In this document: positions 59,048-64,000 of the stretch, piece after piece
How the letters are laid out: every line of letters starts with the position of its first letter
Position numbering within the stretch: position 1 is the first letter of the stretch
Sequence record: SRR20825010_3726
Direction: 5' to 3' (one strand)
Length of the DNA stretch: 64,000 nt
Program-made: the position numbers and the translations under genes
Notes under the pieces: generated by a model
The model's input: only the letters and a program-made list of their open reading frames with translations
Database searches by the model: none
What the model was told of the DNA's origin: nothing

Positions 59048-60087
59048 AGAAGCTGGCGTTGGCGGGCCTGATGGCTGCAACCCTGACCGGATGCAGCTCG
59101 CAGGAAGAGCCGCAGGTACTGAACCTCTACAACTGGTCTGAGTACATGCCCCAGGAGGTATTGGACCGCTTTGAGGAGGAAACCGGTATCCAGGTGGTCT
59201 ACACCACCTATGACAGCAATGAGGCTATGTATGCGCGGCTGAAACTTCTGGATGACAGCGGCCAGTACGATCTTGCGCTGCCCTCCACCTATTACGTCAA
59301 CAAAATGCGTAAGGAAGGGCTGCTGGAAAAGATCAACCACGAGAAACTGGAAGGCTTCGAAAAGCTCGACCCCGAGCTGACGAACCTGGATATCGACCCT
59401 GAAAACCAATACAGCGTTCCCTACCTCTGGGGCACCACAGGGCTGGCCTACGATGCCAATGATGTTGAGGGCGAAGAGGTAACGGCCTGGTCGGATCTGT
59501 GGGACGAGAAATACGAAGGCCGCGTGATGCTTACCAACGACATGCGCGAGGTGTTCCACATCGGGCTGAGAGTGCTCGGATACTCTGGCAACAGCACCGA
59601 TCCCGAAGAGATCGAGGCGGCTTATGACAAGCTGACCGAACTGATGCCTGCGGTGCGTACCTTCAACTCGGATGCACCGCGAATGCCCTATCTTGAAGGC
59701 GAGACCGACATCGGCATGATCTGGAATGGTGAAGCCGTGATGGGTGAGGAGGACATGCCGTCCCTTGAATACGTCTATCCGGAAGAGGGCATCATTGTCT
59801 GGCTCGACAGCTTTGTGATTCCCAAGAACGCCGAGAATGCAGACGCTGCCCATCAATTCATCAGTTTTGTCATGCGGCCGGAAATCTCCGCGTTGATCAG
59901 TGAAGACATCGGCTATGCCACGCCCAACCTTGCGGCCCGCGAACTGTTGAGCGATGAAGTGGCCAACGACCGCACCAGCTACCCGACACCGGAAGACCTG
60001 ACCAACGCCGAGTTCCAGAAGGACGTGGGTGACGATGCCATGCAGGTCTATACCAAATACTGGGAAATGCTGAAGTCCGGGCAGTAA
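59044..60087 (+). CDS. potD: Polyamine-binding protein with lipoprotein signal
   Basis: YNWSEY, YDSNE.MYA, PS.YY, PY.WG.TG, WNG; lipobox LTGC. Confidence 0.9.
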   Translation: MKKLALAGLMAATLTGCSSQEEPQVLNLYNWSEYMPQEVLDRFEEETGIQVVYTTYDSNEAMYARLKLLDDSGQYDLALPSTYYVNKMRKEGLLEKINHEKLEGFEKLDPELTNLDIDPENQYSVPYLWGTTGLAYDANDVEGEEVTAWSDLWDEKYEGRVMLTNDMREVFHIGLRVLGYSGNSTDPEEIEAAYDKLTELMPAVRTFNSDAPRMPYLEGETDIGMIWNGEAVMGEEDMPSLEYVYPEEGIIVWLDSFVIPKNAENADAAHQFISFVMRPEISALISEDIGYATPNLAARELLSDEVANDRTSYPTPEDLTNAEFQKDVGDDAMQVYTKYWEMLKSGQ

Positions 60088-60117
60088 ACCCGCAAACGGC
60101 CTGATCCGCCCCGGAAA

Positions 60118-61074
60118 TCAGATCTCCGGGGCGATAAAGTCAGGCGCGATACCAGACTGCGCGATGCAGCGCGGTATATCCATACCCTGCAGGGAGCCCT
60201 CGGCCGTCACCAGCAGGGTTTTCATGCCGGCGTTCTGCCCGCCCAGGATGTCCGTATGAAGGGTGTCGCCCACCATGAGTATCTGCCCCGGCGGCACGTC
60301 CGCGAAGCGCTCAAGCACAGCCTGGAAAGCAGGTGCATAGGGCTTGCCGTAGAACTGCGGTTGGACACCGCTGGCCTCACGGGCCCGGTGGGCGAAGAAT
60401 CCGGGTTCCAGCGTCAGGCAGTCGCCGCGGGGGGCCACCAGATCTGGATTGGCGATTTCCAGTGGCCTCGGCCGTTCTGTCAGTGTGGCCTCCAGTGCCG
60501 CCTGCATCTCCTCGTTCCAATCCTCGCTGCTGAGCATGATCAGGCCGTCATAGCTATCCAGTTTTCGTTTCAGTTGCTCCGTGACGGGGGGCCGCACCGG
60601 TTGCCAGTCTAGCGGCAGCGTGTCCGGTTCGGAATTCTCCGGGGCAATGACACCCCATAGGCCTTCGCGTCCCCGGTCGGACAGAGACTGCTCCAACAAC
60701 CAGCGGCTGGAGATCAACTGTTCCGGCGTGATGTCGAACCCCATGCGCCGATACTTCTCCACCAGTCTGGCGTGGCTGGCGGTAGCCGCGTTGGAGAGAA
60801 TCTGGACGTGTTTGCCCATTCGTTGCAGCTCGCGAAACCGTTGAATGGCTGCGGGGAAGGCCCTGGGTCCGGCATTCAGCACCCCAAAGGCATCGAACAC
60901 GTATACCTGGAACCGGTCCGCCAGCGGCGCCATATCCTCCAGCGTGACTGGTCGAGGCTGTTCTGAGGTCGGCAGGCCCGCAGGCAGCCAGCGACGGATC
61001 TGCTCATACTGGTGGAAAGCCCAGGCTGGAGTGGGTGTTATGCCATTAAACGAGGTGGGGTGGGTATCGATCAT
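60118..61074 (-). CDS. HAD-superfamily subfamily IIA hydrolase
   Basis: FDAFGVLN, SNAA, ANPDL, GKP, MVGD.L.TDI.G. Confidence 0.85.
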   Translation of the reverse strand: MIDTHPTSFNGITPTPAWAFHQYEQIRRWLPAGLPTSEQPRPVTLEDMAPLADRFQVYVFDAFGVLNAGPRAFPAAIQRFRELQRMGKHVQILSNAATASHARLVEKYRRMGFDITPEQLISSRWLLEQSLSDRGREGLWGVIAPENSEPDTLPLDWQPVRPPVTEQLKRKLDSYDGLIMLSSEDWNEEMQAALEATLTERPRPLEIANPDLVAPRGDCLTLEPGFFAHRAREASGVQPQFYGKPYAPAFQAVLERFADVPPGQILMVGDTLHTDILGGQNAGMKTLLVTAEGSLQGMDIPRCIAQSGIAPDFIAPEI

Positions 61075-61281
61075 TGGCCTAGAGTACCGCTTGGCGTACC
61101 TCGGCGGAAACCCATTTCCAGCGCTGGACGGTTTTGTGACAGGGGATAGGCGAACGGCGCTGAAATCGTTGTATAAAGGAGCAGTTAGTGCTTGTGTTTA
61201 TTGCGCGCCTGAGCGAGTTTAACTCCATAGATGTTGTATAATTGTACTACTGTACTATTTGGCGACAGGTAAGCCCGCTGT

Positions 61282-63555
61282 ATGCAGATGTTGTACTCCC
61301 TAAACGCCGTAAGGCTGATGCTCCTGATCGCTTTTAGCTTTTTGGTGCCTTCGGCGGCGTATGCGGCAGTGGACCTGGACGAGGGATGGGAATATCGGTG
61401 GGGCGATTCTCCATTGACCGAGGATGGGGTGCCGGAGTGGACTCTGGGTCAGGCCCCCTGGCAATGGAACGCTATCAGCTTTCCATCCAACCCGCCTGGT
61501 CGCAACGGACAAGAACATGTGTGGTATCGCATCACCCTTCCGGAGGGCGAGTGGCAGGAGCCGGTTCTGTATATCTACAGTGTCGATCTGATTGTCCAGG
61601 TCTGGCTCGACGGCGAGAACATCTACCAGTACGGCACGTTTGATGATCAGGGCCGGGGGCGTTTTGAAGGTTGGCCCTGGCACGCGATTCCGCTGCCCGA
61701 AGAGTTTGCGGGTACGCCGATCTACTTTCGCATTTTCTCTGATTACACCGACATTGGTCTGTGGGGTGAAGTCTCCATTATGGAGCAGCCGGCCCTGACC
61801 CTGTTTATCGTGAAAAACTCCCTCGAAGCCCTGGTCATTTCCGGCTTTTCAGCCCTGATTGCCCTGCTAGCGATGATCTTTGCCCTGTTGCAAACGGAAA
61901 AGAAGAGTTTCGGCAGCATTGCCCTGTTCTCTTTGTCGTCCGCTGTTCTGCTTCTGTCCGACAGCCAGGCCAGTCAGTTGATCTGGAACCTGCCGATGAT
62001 GTGGGACTATCTGGCCGCTGGTTCTTACTACATGCTGCCGGTGGCCATGGCATTGTTGCTGGAGCAGTGGTTCAGTGATCGCCGGCCCTGGTTGATTAAT
62101 CTGGTCTGGAAGATTCACCTTGTCTACGCGGTGGTGGCGATAGGGCTGGCATTAATGGGTGTGGTTGACCTGTCATCAACGTACCCGCCGTTTGATGCGC
62201 TGCTGTTAGCGTCCCTTGCAACCGTCACGGTCGTTGTCGTAAAGCGGTTCAGACAACTGAAGATTGAACAGCAGATCATCCTCGCCGCTTATGGCGTGTT
62301 CTGCAGCCTGTTGGTGGTGGATATGGCCGTTGCCCACGGCGTCCTGCCCTGGGGGCGGGTACCGGTCAGTTGGGGAACGCTGGTCTTCTCGCTGGCCGTA
62401 GTGATGATTTCCCTCTGGCATTATGCACGAACCCAACAGGCGCTCCATCGGTTGAACCTGTCGCTGGAGCAGCAGGTAACAGAGCGAACCCAGAAGGCGG
62501 AATCGTTGGCTCGCCGTGAGCAGGCCAGGGTGAGGCTGCTCACGTTCGAGAATGAAAAAACCCGTGTTCTGAACGACATCAACGGGGAGCTGCAGGATTG
62601 CATCAGCCTCAACCAGACGTTCCATATCCTGGCGCGACGACTTCCTGACCTGTGCAGCCCTCTGCGGGGAAGGCTATATCAGCGTGTGGAAAACGGCAGC
62701 GCCTATGAACTGTTGACTCGCTGGGGGTATGCCGGGGAACCGGAATCACCATTGCGCATCGAAACTCCTGAGGGCCCGCCGCCCCATAGCCAGATACCGG
62801 CCCGCCATGTTCAGGACCTGGATCAGTCCTGGTCCGGGTGGCAGAAGGGCGAGGATGAGTCATTGTGCCTGTGGATTAACTTGCAATCGGCAACCGAGGG
62901 GGCGGTGACAATGGCGCTGTTGTTTGTGGAAGTGCCGGACGAGTTTGCGGCTGACGGCACGGATTACGGCGTGGCCCGCTTGTTCCAGACGTTAAGTCAG
63001 GGGGTGCAGAAAATCGGTATCGCGCTCTCAAGCATCAGCTTGCGGGAGGAACTGCAGAAATACTCGTATGAGGATGCGCTCACCGGCCTGAAGAATCGCC
63101 GTTATTTTGATCAGCTTCTGGAGCACGAGTCGGCGGTGGCCTTGCGTGGTGACCAGCCGCTGTCACTGCTGATGGTGGATATCGATCATTTCAAACGCTT
63201 TAACGACACTCATGGCCACGAAGCCGGCGATTCCGCTCTGAAAGCCGTGGCCGGTGTGTTGGCGCGGCATTTCCGCGACAGCGATGTGGTCTGTCGTTTT
63301 GGAGGCGAGGAGTTTGTCATCATCATGGCCGGCTCCACCGCAAAAGCCGCTTACGATAAGGCGCGAGAACTGGCCCATGCCGTCCGTGCCATGCCGGTGG
63401 AACATGGTGGCTTTGAGTTGGGCCACGTAACCATATCGGTGGGGGTGTCCAGCTGGCCCGAGTGCAGCGACTCCCCAGACAGCTTGCTGGGACTTGCCGA
63501 CCGGGCCCTTTACCGCGCCAAGGAGGCGGGCAGGGACCGGGTAGAAATTTCATAG
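61282..63555 (+). CDS. Membrane-bound diguanylate cyclase (periplasmic sensor, about 7 TM, GGEEF)
   Basis: D.LTGL.NRR, DIDHFK..ND..GH..GD, RDSD I-site, RFGGEEF, AD.ALY.AK..GR. Confidence 0.9.
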   Translation: MQMLYSLNAVRLMLLIAFSFLVPSAAYAAVDLDEGWEYRWGDSPLTEDGVPEWTLGQAPWQWNAISFPSNPPGRNGQEHVWYRITLPEGEWQEPVLYIYSVDLIVQVWLDGENIYQYGTFDDQGRGRFEGWPWHAIPLPEEFAGTPIYFRIFSDYTDIGLWGEVSIMEQPALTLFIVKNSLEALVISGFSALIALLAMIFALLQTEKKSFGSIALFSLSSAVLLLSDSQASQLIWNLPMMWDYLAAGSYYMLPVAMALLLEQWFSDRRPWLINLVWKIHLVYAVVAIGLALMGVVDLSSTYPPFDALLLASLATVTVVVVKRFRQLKIEQQIILAAYGVFCSLLVVDMAVAHGVLPWGRVPVSWGTLVFSLAVVMISLWHYARTQQALHRLNLSLEQQVTERTQKAESLARREQARVRLLTFENEKTRVLNDINGELQDCISLNQTFHILARRLPDLCSPLRGRLYQRVENGSAYELLTRWGYAGEPESPLRIETPEGPPPHSQIPARHVQDLDQSWSGWQKGEDESLCLWINLQSATEGAVTMALLFVEVPDEFAADGTDYGVARLFQTLSQGVQKIGIALSSISLREELQKYSYEDALTGLKNRRYFDQLLEHESAVALRGDQPLSLLMVDIDHFKRFNDTHGHEAGDSALKAVAGVLARHFRDSDVVCRFGGEEFVIIMAGSTAKAAYDKARELAHAVRAMPVEHGGFELGHVTISVGVSSWPECSDSPDSLLGLADRALYRAKEAGRDRVEIS

Positions 63556-63570
63556 GCGCCGGAACGGGTA

Positions 63571-64000
63571 CTAATGCCAGATGTTGCCGTCGATCTTTTC
63601 GTGCAGCTCAGGGTAGTCTTTTGATTTGAAGTGGGGTACCTCGCCCTGTTTGCGCTGGGCAAGATAGTCTTTTGTCAGCTTCACCACCGTACCTGAAAGC
63701 ATGACAATGGCAATCAGGTTGATGGTTGCCATCAGACCCATGGATGCGTCAGCGGCGTTGAAAACAGTCACCACCGCCTCGTAACTGCCCCATACAACCA
63801 TCCCCAGGACGGCAGAGCGAAGCAGTGTAATGGCGATGGTACTGTCACCGCCAAGGTGAATCAGGGCATTCTCTGCGTAGGTGTAGTTGGCGACAATGGA
63901 CGTGAATGCAAAGAACAGGATGGCAATGGCGATGAAATAGGCGCCAGACTCGCCAATGTGGCTTTGCATGGCATCCTGGGTAAGCTGGGTTCCGGTAATG
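63571..64000 (-). CDS. Alanine/glycine:cation symporter family (partial, runs off window end)
   Basis: LTQ.A, FAFTSI..NY.Y.E, AD..MG.MA..NL.A; the frame stays open to the window end. Confidence 0.88.
   Translation of the reverse strand, partial: ITGTQLTQDAMQSHIGESGAYFIAIAILFFAFTSIVANYTYAENALIHLGGDSTIAITLLRSAVLGMVVWGSYEAVVTVFNAADASMGLMATINLIAIVMLSGTVVKLTKDYLAQRKQGEVPHFKSKDYPELHEKIDGNIWH

Overview
Chromosomal segment of a GC-rich gammaproteobacterium, Marinobacter-like by inference from gene content and acidic secreted proteins. No rRNA, tRNA, CRISPR array, transposase or integrase was recognised. The left ~29 kb is an aromatic-catabolic region lying between two divergent paralogues of glutathione-dependent formaldehyde dehydrogenase (frmA). 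It holds a DmpR-type sigma54 activator and a complete multicomponent phenol hydroxylase plus catechol meta-cleavage operon (dmpKLMNOPQBCDEFGH..I). That operon carries extra genes: a kappa-type GST, a Cys-GST, a degenerate LigB-like protein and a PanE-like reductase. A XylS/BenR-like activator, an IclR regulator and a DcaP-like porin follow. The best candidate for an undescribed system is the leftward operon YCF48-like lipoprotein / MMPL-RND / DUF1302 barrel / DUF1329 / Aer-like chemoreceptor. It has its own sigma54 promoter and shares an identical 13-mer activator site with the phenol operon promoter, suggesting a phenol-induced trans-envelope transport and taxis module. A Pm-like tandem XylS site sits in front of the porin. 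The right part contains frmBA-lysR, a Fur box with a probable hemS/phuS remnant, an HD-GYP gene, a full pelABCDEFG operon and a SixA-CHAD fusion. It also has a sigma28-type Cache chemoreceptor, an orphan TRAP binding protein coupled to potABCD, a HAD hydrolase, a diguanylate cyclase and part of an alanine/glycine symporter. All family calls come from recalled motifs; no database search was run.
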